Shown: positions 26,462-36,076 of the stretch, in pieces
Layout: each line of letters starts with the position of its first letter
How positions within the stretch are numbered: the first letter of the stretch is position 1
Source of the DNA: Candidatus Shapirobacteria bacterium
GTDB lineage: Bacteria; Patescibacteriota; Microgenomatia; UM-FILTER-40-11
Assembly (NCBI GenBank): GCA_020059745.1
Contig: JAGVBK010000004.1
Span: forward strand, 178,511-242,510
Reading direction: 5' to 3'
DNA: 64,000 nucleotides
The notes under the pieces: model-generated
Seen by the model: the letters and a program-made list of their open reading frames with translations, nothing else
Told to the model about the DNA's origin: nothing
Database searches by the model: none
Translations under genes and position numbers: made by a program

Positions 26462-28127
26462 ATATCATTACTTTAGGGTGATCATAAACAGTGAAGGCTT
26501 CTTCTGAAGAGTCGTCGTTAAAACAAAAAAGAGATTTGGCAAACGGAGGAAAACAGGGATACGAGGTAAATTCAGCTACTTTTTCAAATCCAAGCGAGCC
26601 GTTAAAAAGCTTTTCATAATATTTGGCGGTTTGGCTGTAATACTCCGGATTTTTGGGGATTGAACCGTAAAGCCGGTTTGAAGAAAGAACAATATAGTCT
26701 GTTTTTTCTAGTTGAGCATTAATTTTTTCCCATTTTTGATTGCTTTCTGGATCATACAAAGAAAGCATTTCATATTTAAACTTGCTGTGGTTTTCGTTAG
26801 GCAGGAGAAGCGGTAAAGGATCGTCCCAGTGTTCATTGGTAATTGTTGAGCCTATGGGAATGTTTCTGTATATCCATCTCGAAGCGCTAATCCTGGTAAC
26901 GGGTTTGGTATAAATTGAGATAAAAGACAAAGGATAGATGAGAACGGAAAGGAAAATAAGTACTTTAAAAAGTTTATTTTTAATTCTTTCAAACTGCCAG
27001 GCAGAAAATAGGGCTAAAAAGGGGTAAAGAAAAAGGAAATACCGCATTGTTTTTACTTGTTGAATTCCTAGATAAAAAAGTAAGATTGCCGTCCAGCCTA
27101 AAGCAGCAAAAACAAAGAAGCTTTTATTAATTTTTTTTACCGCCAGAAAAAAAAGCCGGAAAAAAGAGAAAAAACTGAAAACCCCTAAAGGCAACCCCAG
27201 TCCCCAAAGCAAAAGATTTTTAAGTGGAAAGAAAACAGGAGTTGTTTTTTTCCACTGAACTGAGGGAGGAAACCAGGAGCTAGGGTCGTTAAAAGATTTT
27301 AACTGTTTTAAATTCAGTAAAAACTGGGGATTAAGATTGGGGGTTAAAAAATTGCCGTTCGTAAAAAAAGAGGGCTGGCATATTCTTAAAGTAAGGTAGA
27401 AAAAGAAGGCTGCCAAAAGTCCAGACAATAATATTTTTTTTATTTTTTCTCCCGACTTGAGAAGGTAGAGGTAAAAAAGCAAGATAACCGGGGAAAAATA
27501 TATTGCTGAAATTTTTGAAGTCATGGCCAGCCCAAAAGAGATTCCCAAAGAAGGACTTAGCCAAAGAAAAACTTTCTTTTTATTATTTATCAAAATCAGA
27601 AGATAAAAGCAAAGGATAATGAAAAAATTTAAGTATGTGTCAACCGCAAAAAAATGGGAAAGCTGTATTGGCAAAACCATGACAGAATAAAAAAATGCAG
27701 CAAAAAGCCCGGCTTTTTCTGAGAACAGTCTTTTTCCTATTAAGTAAACAAGGCAAACTACGCCTAAATCAAAAAAAGCAGAAAAGAACCGACCAACAAG
27801 GTAAAGGCTGCTGTAGGTATCACGGTTTAAAATCAAGCTTGCTGCTTTAACAAAATAAACAGGAAAAGTACCGTAAACATAAAAATTGTATCCGTTGTTA
27901 TAGGGATTTAGTGAAGATTTGGCAGGGTTTAGGTAATCGAGCAAATTTTCAGGAAATCTTATATCAACGCTTACCATGGTTAAGAATCTTTCGTCAGGGT
28001 GCAGATGCTGTCCTTGGTCCCAGTTAATTCCAAACAAGCGTAAAAAACCTGCCAATACCAGGACCATCAGCAAAACAAGTTTTTGGTTTTTATTAAAAAA
28101 GCTTTTAATTTTTAAAAAGTTCTTCAT
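26427..28127 (-). CDS. GT-C fold membrane glycosyltransferase (PMT_2-like)
   Basis: WDQGQHLHPDERF, YVYGTFP, IQLSHFFAVD, NEHWDDPLP, EEAFTVYDHPKV. Confidence 0.85.
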   Translation of the reverse strand: MKNFLKIKSFFNKNQKLVLLMVLVLAGFLRLFGINWDQGQHLHPDERFLTMVSVDIRFPENLLDYLNPAKSSLNPYNNGYNFYVYGTFPVYFVKAASLILNRDTYSSLYLVGRFFSAFFDLGVVCLVYLIGKRLFSEKAGLFAAFFYSVMVLPIQLSHFFAVDTYLNFFIILCFYLLILINNKKKVFLWLSPSLGISFGLAMTSKISAIYFSPVILLFYLYLLKSGEKIKKILLSGLLAAFFFYLTLRICQPSFFTNGNFLTPNLNPQFLLNLKQLKSFNDPSSWFPPSVQWKKTTPVFFPLKNLLLWGLGLPLGVFSFFSFFRLFFLAVKKINKSFFVFAALGWTAILLFYLGIQQVKTMRYFLFLYPFLALFSAWQFERIKNKLFKVLIFLSVLIYPLSFISIYTKPVTRISASRWIYRNIPIGSTITNEHWDDPLPLLLPNENHSKFKYEMLSLYDPESNQKWEKINAQLEKTDYIVLSSNRLYGSIPKNPEYYSQTAKYYEKLFNGSLGFEKVAEFTSYPCFPPFAKSLFCFNDDSSEEAFTVYDHPKVMIFKKTVDLPNIP

Positions 28128-29781
28128 ATTGATTTCTGTTTAAAAATTTTTCTTTTTTGTAGATTCTTATGGTTGGGTGGTCAAAAACACTAAAGGTTTC
28201 CTCGGCCATTTCGTCAAAAATTAAGGGGTTATAGGAAATTTCTTTTATTTTGACAAATCCAAGTTTGCCGGAAAAGAGAAGTTGGTAGTATTTGGCAGTC
28301 AGAGGAAACCTTTCCGTCAATCTTTGGTGGTTGGCAAAGATTCTTCTTGAAGGCACAAAGATATAATCAGATTTTTCCAAAGATAAAAGCAGCTGTTCAA
28401 ATACTTTTTTTTCTTCGTCAAGTCTGTAAAAATCAAAAGAAACCGGAGAAAGTCTGAAATTACGAGCGTAAAAGTCTTGAGGAAAAACAGGAATATCAAT
28501 TACGTTTCCGGTTTCAGAAAGAACCCTGCTTCCTGAGGGAATATTTTTAAAAATCCACCTCGAGGCTTTAAAGCGGATATCTTCTCTCAAATATATTGAG
28601 GAAAAAAGAACCCCTGGTATTAAAGCTAAAAAGACAACACCGGCCAGCATACTCCTTAGAGGTTTTACTTTGGTACTGATTTTTTCAAGAAAATATGCTG
28701 AAAAAATCGAGAAAAAAGAAAAAATTGGGGCCATGAAACGGGTCCATTTACAAAACAAGAACGATTGGTAAAAAAAGAAAACAAGGAAAGAAATAAACAA
28801 AATTAAAAATCCTTTATCTATTTCCGGCTTTCTTTTTTTAAGAAACCAACTGGTAAGCTGAAAGGCAAAGTAAAAAATACCGGCAAGGCCAAGCAAAAAC
28901 ACTATCGGCCCTAGGGCAAAAGGAAAGATTTTTTTAAGTTGAAAAAGAGCGGGGGTTGTTTTTATAAACTGTCTGGTGTAAAAAACGGGAATTTTGCCTG
29001 TTGCTACCAGGGTTTCATAGGAGAGGATTCTTCTTGTTTCTTCAAACTCAAGCAAAAAATAAGGAGAAGAAATTAGAAAAAAAACGGCAGCGATAATCAA
29101 AAAAAACAAAAAATAAGAGATTTGGTTTAAAAGCTGGTTCCATTTCTTTTCCTTGACTGAGGAAAAAATTTTAAGCAAAGATAAAAACCCAATCGGAGCC
29201 AAAAAAAGAAGCGAGCTTATTTTTGTCCCCAAAGCCAGACCAAAGACAATTGAGGAAAAAAAATAGTATTTTAACGAGTCTTTTTCGTTGATTTTAAAAG
29301 AAAAGTAAATCAGGAGAAGGAAAAAGAAGCCCAGAAGAGATTCAGTGGTACCAAAGTGGGCAGACTGAATTAATCCCGGAGAAAAAGCGGCCATAGCAGC
29401 AGCAACCAGGGGGAAATATTCCCTGACCATTTTTTTAGAAAGGATATAGACAAGATAAACAGAGGCAACTCCGGCCAGAGCAGACCAGAACCTTAAGAAA
29501 AATATTGCCTCGTTAATGCTAATACTTTTAAGCTCTATCCAGGGAAGAAGATTATAAAGCTTTGCTGAAAAAAAAGAAAGGTAAAGAGGAAACTGGCCAT
29601 AAGCAAAAAAATTCGGATTAAGCTTGTTTTCAAGAGAAAGCCCGTTTATGGCCGCTGCCATGTTCCACTCGTCAGGATGAAAATGAAAAGGCAGCCCCCA
29701 GGAAATACCGGTAAACCTCAAAGAAAAAGCAAAAAAGAGAATTAAAAGGATTATCTTATTAGCGCTCTTTTTTAACTTCAT
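28105..29781 (-). CDS. GT-C fold membrane glycosyltransferase, paralog of the adjacent gene
   Basis: FHPDEWN, FAYGQFP, IQSAHFGTTE, EETFSVFDHPTI; start uncertain (29781 or 29811). Confidence 0.82.
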   Translation of the reverse strand: MKLKKSANKIILLILFFAFSLRFTGISWGLPFHFHPDEWNMAAAINGLSLENKLNPNFFAYGQFPLYLSFFSAKLYNLLPWIELKSISINEAIFFLRFWSALAGVASVYLVYILSKKMVREYFPLVAAAMAAFSPGLIQSAHFGTTESLLGFFFLLLIYFSFKINEKDSLKYYFFSSIVFGLALGTKISSLLFLAPIGFLSLLKIFSSVKEKKWNQLLNQISYFLFFLIIAAVFFLISSPYFLLEFEETRRILSYETLVATGKIPVFYTRQFIKTTPALFQLKKIFPFALGPIVFLLGLAGIFYFAFQLTSWFLKKRKPEIDKGFLILFISFLVFFFYQSFLFCKWTRFMAPIFSFFSIFSAYFLEKISTKVKPLRSMLAGVVFLALIPGVLFSSIYLREDIRFKASRWIFKNIPSGSRVLSETGNVIDIPVFPQDFYARNFRLSPVSFDFYRLDEEKKVFEQLLLSLEKSDYIFVPSRRIFANHQRLTERFPLTAKYYQLLFSGKLGFVKIKEISYNPLIFDEMAEETFSVFDHPTIRIYKKEKFLNRNQYEELFKN

Positions 29782-31030
29782 CGGCAATTTTTTCGGCAAT
29801 TTTGATTGCATAGTTTATTCCTCTGTCTTCTGGATAGACATGGTGTAAAGATGCCCAGTATAGCCCGGAAACTGAAGTGGTAATTTTAGGCAAACGGTAA
29901 GAATAATTCAAGGAAACAACAGGCTGGGCATACTCCTCTTTGAATAGCCAAGATTTTTTTATCTTAATGTTGGGATTGATTTTTTTAAGGAAAGGGGTAA
30001 ATTTTTGTAAAACCTTGTCTTTTGTTAAAGAAAAAATCGGGTTATCCAGCGAATAGTAACCGCCGATATAAACAAGTATTTCATTGCCGTATTTTTCCTT
30101 CTCAATATAGTTTGTGTGTTCAACCACTGCCACAAAAGGATATGAAGAGTCGTTCACATTAAGCCAGTAAGTGCCGTCATTAAGCAGGTGGCGGTCAAGT
30201 GAAATAATAAGGCAAAGGCTCCCCAGGGACTTAAGGGAAGAAAGGTAGGCCTTTTCTTCTTGGCTTAGGTCCTCTGACATTTTTGAAAAGTGACAGGGAG
30301 GAACGGTAACAATTACCTTGTCAAAAAGATATTTTTTCTCTGCCTGTAGTTCAAACTTCTTCCCAATTTTTTTTATTGTTTTTACCTCTGAATTAAGTAA
30401 AATTTGCCCTTTGTTTTTAAGAATATTTTTTTCAAGGTTTGAAACTAGAGTTTGCGTTCCGCCTTCAAAATAACCTAAAGAAAAGCTCCTTTTTTTAACC
30501 CTTGTCCAAAACCAGGAAGCAGGAATATCTAAAAAATCTTTTCCAAACTTGCTTTCCAAAAGCGGCTTCCAGATAAGGTTATAAGTATTTTTCCCCATTG
30601 TTTTTTTTATAAAAGAATAAGCTGGGATTTTTTCCAGGGGTTTCCAGTTATTGTTGAGCTTAAGCCCTAAGACAGTAAGCCCTGTTCTCAGCTTGTCGAT
30701 AATGCTTAACTTTGGAAAAGAAAGGATGCTTTGAGGATTGTCAAAACGGTAAATTTTTCCATCCACCAAGACTGATGTTTTAGGATTTTTAAAAAATAGC
30801 TTATCTTGAATCCTCAGGCTTTTGCAAAGGTCAAAGAGTTCCTGATCTGAAGTAAAAAAATGGTGATAAAACTTTTCAAGACTCCACTGCCAAGCGTTTT
30901 CTTTGAAAAAGGAAGCCAAGCCACCTAAGGTTTTTTCTTTTTCAAAAATATAAACTTCATGGCCTTTTCTTGAAAGAAGGTAAGCGCTGGCTAGTCCGGT
31001 AATTCCGCCGCCGACAACTGCAATTTTCAT
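29759..31030 (-). CDS. FAD-dependent oxidoreductase (protoporphyrinogen oxidase / amine oxidase-like)
   Basis: VVGGGITGL..FEKEKTLGGL, EKFYHHFF, YPEDRGINYAI. Confidence 0.85.
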   Translation of the reverse strand: MKIAVVGGGITGLASAYLLSRKGHEVYIFEKEKTLGGLASFFKENAWQWSLEKFYHHFFTSDQELFDLCKSLRIQDKLFFKNPKTSVLVDGKIYRFDNPQSILSFPKLSIIDKLRTGLTVLGLKLNNNWKPLEKIPAYSFIKKTMGKNTYNLIWKPLLESKFGKDFLDIPASWFWTRVKKRSFSLGYFEGGTQTLVSNLEKNILKNKGQILLNSEVKTIKKIGKKFELQAEKKYLFDKVIVTVPPCHFSKMSEDLSQEEKAYLSSLKSLGSLCLIISLDRHLLNDGTYWLNVNDSSYPFVAVVEHTNYIEKEKYGNEILVYIGGYYSLDNPIFSLTKDKVLQKFTPFLKKINPNIKIKKSWLFKEEYAQPVVSLNYSYRLPKITTSVSGLYWASLHHVYPEDRGINYAIKIAEKIADEVKKER

Positions 31031-31053
31031 TACGATATTTTAATACAAAATAG

Positions 31054-32439
31054 TTAGAAAAAAACCAGAGCAAGACTAACAAGTATAATTAACACTCCGG
31101 CTCCCAAGAAAATTTTTGAAGGCGAATCAAATCCCGAATCAGGAAGTTCTTCGGCTTGGGTAGGAGAAATACTAGTTTCAACTTCCTTAACGGTTGGCGA
31201 TAACTTTGTGGTAGGTTGAAGTGTGGGAGAAGATTTTACTGTTGGCGAAGGGCTTGACGCTAAAGCAGTAGTGGGGGTTATTGTTAGAGAGGCTGTCTCT
31301 CCTGAAGGCGTGGCGGTAAAAGAAGGCAGATCGCTTTCTCCTGTTGCCAAGACGACAAAACTTCTGCTTACCTTTTTAATCACGCCGTTTTCAAGGTAGG
31401 AAACAATAATGCGGTGTTCTCCTGGTTCAAGAGGGGTTTTTGGAGACCATTTCCACTCTCCGTTGCTGCCAACCTTGACGCTTGAGGTAATTTTTTGGTT
31501 TGATTCTACTTCAATGGTTAGTTCTTGTCCTTCCGGTCCCTTGCCGATAAATTCCGGAATAATGGTATTTAAATTTTCATTCTCAGAAGGGGAAAGTATA
31601 ATTAGTTCTTCTTGAGTAAAAGGTACTGAGGTGGGAGCCTGAAAACCGCTTTGGTTTATGGTTGTTTTGGTTTCTGAACTAGTTTGGGGAGTTGCTCCTT
31701 CCTCAAGGAAGTTGTGATTCTTACCAATAGTTATGTCTGGAGCAGGGTTATCACTTGCAGTAGTGAGAGTTGCCGTGGCTGTTTCCATGCCTTTTTTAAC
31801 AGTGATTTCTATGATTTGAGCATTTCTGTCATAGTTGGAAACACTTTGTAGGTCAAGTGTCCTTGCCGTGGCAAGGGGAATCATCCAGTGCCCATTTTTA
31901 TCAGTAAGAGCTGCTTGTTCAACTGCATTTGCCATTGAAAGATAAACCAGAGCATCTGGCAAAGGACTGCCGATAGGGTCAAGTATCCTGCCTTGGGCAA
32001 TATCATTGTCCTCTGGAATTGAAGGCAAGGCGGTAGTTACCTCATAAGGCTTTCCTGAATTATCAAAAGCTCTTCCGTTGGAAACCACTTTGAAATAATA
32101 TTTTGTTTGCGGTTTAAGGCCGTCAACGATGACAAAATGAACTCGGGATTTAATAAAAGTGCTTTCAGTGTCTCTTATGTCTTTTTTAATTTCTCCTGTT
32201 TCCTTTGTTTCGCCGACTGTCAGGCTGCCTGAAGTTTCTTGTGAAGTTGCCCAGGAAACAACAAAAGACGACTGACCAACATTAGTTATTTTAAGCTGAA
32301 GAGGAGTATCCTCGGGAGAAGCTTTGGTGGAAAAATTCTGAACTCTATTAATTGCAAAAATTCCCGCCACCAGCCCAAGGATAAGAATAGCTAGTCCGAT
32401 TGGAATCGGAAGGTGCTTCGGTTGCAAGTATTTTTTCAT
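31054..32439 (-). CDS. Surface protein: FN3/purple-acid-phosphatase-N and Ig-like domains, S/T/P stalk, LPDSG plus TM (sortase-type tail)
   Basis: ITNV..SFVVSWAT, HFVIVDGLKPQTKYYF, GEWKW..LEPGEH, ELPDSG followed by a hydrophobic C-terminus. Confidence 0.8.
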   Translation of the reverse strand: MKKYLQPKHLPIPIGLAILILGLVAGIFAINRVQNFSTKASPEDTPLQLKITNVGQSSFVVSWATSQETSGSLTVGETKETGEIKKDIRDTESTFIKSRVHFVIVDGLKPQTKYYFKVVSNGRAFDNSGKPYEVTTALPSIPEDNDIAQGRILDPIGSPLPDALVYLSMANAVEQAALTDKNGHWMIPLATARTLDLQSVSNYDRNAQIIEITVKKGMETATATLTTASDNPAPDITIGKNHNFLEEGATPQTSSETKTTINQSGFQAPTSVPFTQEELIILSPSENENLNTIIPEFIGKGPEGQELTIEVESNQKITSSVKVGSNGEWKWSPKTPLEPGEHRIIVSYLENGVIKKVSRSFVVLATGESDLPSFTATPSGETASLTITPTTALASSPSPTVKSSPTLQPTTKLSPTVKEVETSISPTQAEELPDSGFDSPSKIFLGAGVLIILVSLALVFF

Positions 32440-32472
32440 TAATTTCTTTAGGCAATTTAGTCTAAATCTTGG

Positions 32473-32670
32473 TTAGTGATATCTTTTCGCAAGCTCCTCG
32501 AACACTTTTTCATCCAAGTCGGGGTTTAAAACTTTAATTTCCTCTTGGGTTAAAATCGGTTTTTCAGTTTTTTTAGCGGCGAAATGAACGCTCAGATAAA
32601 TCCAAAGAAAAGCAATTGTCAGGCTTAAAATTGATATAAGTAAAATTGCTTGGCTGTAATTTTTTTTCAT
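32473..32670 (-). CDS. Small single-TM protein in pilP position
   Basis: 65 aa, N-terminal TM, directly follows the pilO-like gene. Confidence 0.65.
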   Translation of the reverse strand: MKKNYSQAILLISILSLTIAFLWIYLSVHFAAKKTEKPILTQEEIKVLNPDLDEKVFEELAKRYH

Positions 32671-32671
32671 T

Positions 32672-33316
32672 TTAGCTTGATTGTTTGTTTTGGTCCTCTA
32701 CAAAGGTTGCTTCTCCGGTTATTATCAGCATCAAAACTGGCTCTTCTTTGTTTTTTGATTCTGAAAAGCTTGTTTCTTTTATTTTAACCATTCTTCTTGA
32801 TGCTTCCATGAATCCTAAAAAATCCTTTAGTTGCTGATATTGACCGATGACATTAATCGAAAAGTTAAAAGAGCTTGTTTGGGTTTCTTTGCCTTTAACC
32901 GCTTTTGGCTGGCTGCCTACTTTTTCAAAATTGATTGTTCTAAGCTCAACCCCAGAGGAGCTGGCAGCAGTTTCAAAAAATAAAGCCAGCTGAGGAAATT
33001 CGTTTTGTTTAGGCAAGGCTTCGTCTAAAAGAGCCATATATTCAGCATTTTTAGCGTATTCTTCCTGGGCTTTTACGATGGCATCAATTTTTTGCTGAAG
33101 TTTTTCGCTTGCTTCTCTTTTTTCCTTAATCTCTTTTCTCAAGCTGGTAATGGTGACCAAGGTAGGTTTAATAGCCATGATTAGAAAAAAAGCCGCAGTT
33201 GAAATAGAAAGTGAAAGCCAGATAAAAGATTTAATTTGTTCTGTCTGATAAAGTCTTTGGACATCAGAAAAGTATCTTTTGTAAGGAATGGCGTTATTTT
33301 TAAATTTTAAGTTCAT
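32672..33316 (-). CDS. pilO: PilO-like type IV pilus alignment protein
   Basis: TM, coiled coil, ALP, then GQYQQLKDFLGFMEASRRMVKI ferredoxin-like core. Confidence 0.75.
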   Translation of the reverse strand: MNLKFKNNAIPYKRYFSDVQRLYQTEQIKSFIWLSLSISTAAFFLIMAIKPTLVTITSLRKEIKEKREASEKLQQKIDAIVKAQEEYAKNAEYMALLDEALPKQNEFPQLALFFETAASSSGVELRTINFEKVGSQPKAVKGKETQTSSFNFSINVIGQYQQLKDFLGFMEASRRMVKIKETSFSESKNKEEPVLMLIITGEATFVEDQNKQSS

Positions 33317-33888
33317 TGGCTAGATAAGCTGGTTTTGCTTTGTTTTGCTTCTTTTATTGTGGCAGTAATATTAAAACTTATTCCCGGCAGACCTTCTTTT
33401 CGCGATGAAACTTCGTCAAGTGAAACTTCTGAAATATTTGGGAGGCTTACTAACCCTGTCATAAAATATTTAAGCCCGCTTTCAGTAAAAGAGTAGCCTG
33501 TGATTTTCAGCTCATCATCAGCAACTGCAATTCTATTTAAAGTAACTTCAACAGGAAGAAGCTTGCTGACCTCAACAATCCAAACTGAGGGTTTTTTTTC
33601 TTGAGCAAGAAGCGTTTTTACCAAATTGGTTCTTTCCTGTATCTGGCGGAAATTATCCTCGAAACTGGTAGCCGAGGCAACAATCGCTTTTTTCTGTTTT
33701 ATTTCGTCAAAAAGGTTTGCCAGTTGGGTGTCGAAGTAAAATCTTGACAAAAAAGCGCAAATTACCACAAATTCCGTTAAAACAACGATCCAGCGGCCAA
33801 CAGAGACAGCCCAGCCTACAAGTTTGCCGGTTGGGGAATAGGCAAAATCATCCTTGGGGAGAAGATTTATTTTGTCAGCAGAAGACAT
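33313..33888 (-). CDS. pilN: PilN-like type IV pilus alignment protein
   Basis: N-terminal INLLP motif, TM, coiled coil, LLPVEVTL..LKITG. Confidence 0.78.
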   Translation of the reverse strand: MSSADKINLLPKDDFAYSPTGKLVGWAVSVGRWIVVLTEFVVICAFLSRFYFDTQLANLFDEIKQKKAIVASATSFEDNFRQIQERTNLVKTLLAQEKKPSVWIVEVSKLLPVEVTLNRIAVADDELKITGYSFTESGLKYFMTGLVSLPNISEVSLDEVSSRKEGLPGISFNITATIKEAKQSKTSLSSQ

Positions 33889-33894
33889 AATACC

Positions 33895-33924
33895 AGTATA
33901 TTAGAGTCCGAAGATTATTGTCAA
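33895..33924 (-). promoter_or_regulatory. Promoter of the pilN operon, leaderless arrangement
   Basis: TTGACA-18 nt-TATACT, 6 nt before ATG. Confidence 0.7.
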
Positions 33925-33948
33925 AGCCGTTTTTGGTTCGGGAAAGGT

Positions 33949-34236
33949 CTATTTTTTATTCTTTTTTTCTGAAGCTTTATTTTTGGGTTTTTCCGCTTTT
34001 TTTTCTGTTAGGCCTAAAGTAGCTTTACTTTTTATCCTTGCCGCTTTTCTTTTGTGAATCACTCCGGTTTTGGCCAATTTATCTGCCAGAGAAAAGATTG
34101 AGCTTAAGGTTTTTTCATCAGCTTTACTTTTGAAATTTTTAATTTCTTTTTTTAAAGCCACTTTTTTAGCCCGATTTCTCTCGGTTCTTTTTTTTGTTTG
34201 TCTTAAAGCTTTTTTAGCGCTTTGAATAATTGGCAT
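33949..34236 (-). CDS. rpsT: 30S ribosomal protein S20 with Lys-rich tail
   Basis: MPIIQSAKKALRQ..N..DKLAKTGVIHKRKAARIKS; true start ATG 34236. Confidence 0.93.
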   Translation of the reverse strand: MPIIQSAKKALRQTKKRTERNRAKKVALKKEIKNFKSKADEKTLSSIFSLADKLAKTGVIHKRKAARIKSKATLGLTEKKAEKPKNKASEKKNKK

Positions 34237-34344
34237 AGTGCCTAATATCCTACCAATTCCCTCTTTAAAAAGCAAGACTTTTTTCATATACTGGCATTGC
34301 TTTGTTAAAAGCACTGGCGAAATTTTTTTAAAAACCTCAAAATT

Positions 34345-36021
34345 ATGTTTAAATTAAAAAGTTTTTGGCAAAACGGAAGAAGTCTTTTGGTCCGTCGCCA
34401 GTCAAGCATACTTTCTGCGGCCTTAGTAATCGCTTTAACCTATGGGGTTTCTATGGTTTTAGGGATTATTCGCGAAAGACTGATTGTGGCCAGGTTTTAC
34501 TCCTGTTGCAAGCAACAAGTTGATGTTTACTATGCTGCTTTCAGGTTGCCGGATATGATTTTTCAGCTTGTAGTCATTGGGGCCTTGTCCGCTGCTTTTA
34601 TTCCGGTTTTTTCAGAAAGGCAGTCAAAAGATAGGCAAGATGCCAACCACCTGGCCTCCTCTTTAATAAACTTGCTTTTAGGTTTCTTTTTAATTCTCTC
34701 AGTAATAATTTTTATTGCCGCCAAACCTTTTTCCTCTTTAATTACCGGAAATTTTTCGCCGGAACAAATTGAGTTAATGGCAAAAATGACCAGGGTGATG
34801 CTTTTGGCCCAGATCTTTTTTCTTATCTCCAATTTCTTTTCTGCAATTTCCCAATCTAATCAAAGATTTTTATTACCTTCGATTTCGCCGATTGTCTATA
34901 ATCTGGGAATAATTCTTTCTGTTTATTTCTTTTCTTCAACCCTGGGAATATGGTCGGCAACAATTGGTGTCCTTGTCGGTGCCTTTTTTCATTTGCTAAT
35001 CCAGGTTCCTTTGGTGGCAGGGCTTGGCTACCGCTATTCTTTTGTTTTTGACCTTAACCACGGTGGGGTAAAAAAAGTGGTTAAGCTGATGTTGCCCAGA
35101 ACTTTGTCCCTCGCTGCAGGGCAAATAGAAGCAACCGTGTCTTTGTTTTTAGCAACCTCACTTTCAGCCGGGTCTCTAACAATTTATTATTTAGCCCAGA
35201 AACTTTCAGATTTACCGGTAAGACTTTTGGGAACATCAATCGGACAAGCCGCGCTTCCGCTGTTGTCTCTTCAAATTGCAGAAAATAAAACTGAGGAGTT
35301 TAAGAAAACTTTAGCCCAGTCGTTAAACCAGATTCTTTTTTTTGCCTTGCCCATGACCGCCATTTTTTTGGTTTTGCGTGTTCAGATTGTCCGTTTTGCT
35401 TATGGAGCAAAAAGCTTTCCCTGGGTGGCGACAATTATCACGGGAAGAACCTTGGCAGCAATTGCTTTTTCCATTTTTTCACAAAGTGCTTCCCAGCTTT
35501 TGGTGCGGGGTTATTATGCCCTTCACGATACTAAAACACCATTTTTTATTAGTTTTCTTTCTGTTGGCGTTAATATTCTTTTGAGCCTTCTTTTAGTTTT
35601 TGGTTTTAATTTGGAAATTTTTGGCCTGGCCCTTGCTTTTTCTGCCTCAAGTTTCATTCATTTCGTCTTTTTGCTTTTTATTTTCAATGCCAGGAAAATG
35701 AATTTTCTTAACAAGGCAGATTTGGTAGTTTGGGCAAAAATGACCTTTTCTGCAATAGTTGCTGCTTTTAGTTCCTGGGGGTCAATGAAGTTTCTTGACG
35801 CCTTTGTCTTTGAAACCACACGGGCCTTGCCTCTTTTGGTCCTAACGATTATTTCAGGCAGTTTGGGCCTTTTGTCCTATTTTTTAATTGTGGCCTTTTT
35901 TGAACTTGAAGAGCTGAAAATCATTTTTGGTATAAGAAGAAAACTTTCCCAGTGGCGTAAATCTCTGGTACCGGTGAAAGAAATTATTGAGCCTCATACA
36001 GACTCAATTCCTAAGGTCTAG
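34345..36021 (+). CDS. murJ: Lipid II flippase MurJ (MviN)
   Basis: AAFRLPDMIF..GALSAAFIPVF, LMLPRT, RGYYALHDTKTP. Confidence 0.93.
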   Translation: MFKLKSFWQNGRSLLVRRQSSILSAALVIALTYGVSMVLGIIRERLIVARFYSCCKQQVDVYYAAFRLPDMIFQLVVIGALSAAFIPVFSERQSKDRQDANHLASSLINLLLGFFLILSVIIFIAAKPFSSLITGNFSPEQIELMAKMTRVMLLAQIFFLISNFFSAISQSNQRFLLPSISPIVYNLGIILSVYFFSSTLGIWSATIGVLVGAFFHLLIQVPLVAGLGYRYSFVFDLNHGGVKKVVKLMLPRTLSLAAGQIEATVSLFLATSLSAGSLTIYYLAQKLSDLPVRLLGTSIGQAALPLLSLQIAENKTEEFKKTLAQSLNQILFFALPMTAIFLVLRVQIVRFAYGAKSFPWVATIITGRTLAAIAFSIFSQSASQLLVRGYYALHDTKTPFFISFLSVGVNILLSLLLVFGFNLEIFGLALAFSASSFIHFVFLLFIFNARKMNFLNKADLVVWAKMTFSAIVAAFSSWGSMKFLDAFVFETTRALPLLVLTIISGSLGLLSYFLIVAFFELEELKIIFGIRRKLSQWRKSLVPVKEIIEPHTDSIPKV

Positions 36022-36039
36022 GTAGAAAAAAATTTATTC

Positions 36040-36068
36040 TTGACAAACATTAGCAATCATGATATACC
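36040..36068 (+). promoter_or_regulatory. hrcA operon promoter
   Basis: TTGACA-17 nt-TATACC, 7 nt before ATG 36076. Confidence 0.75.
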
Positions 36069-36076
36069 TTTGCTAA
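36050..36076. promoter_or_regulatory. CIRCE element (HrcA operator), variant
   Basis: TTAGCAATC-N9-CTTTGCTAA versus consensus TTAGCACTC-N9-GAGTGCTAA, directly before hrcA. Confidence 0.8.
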
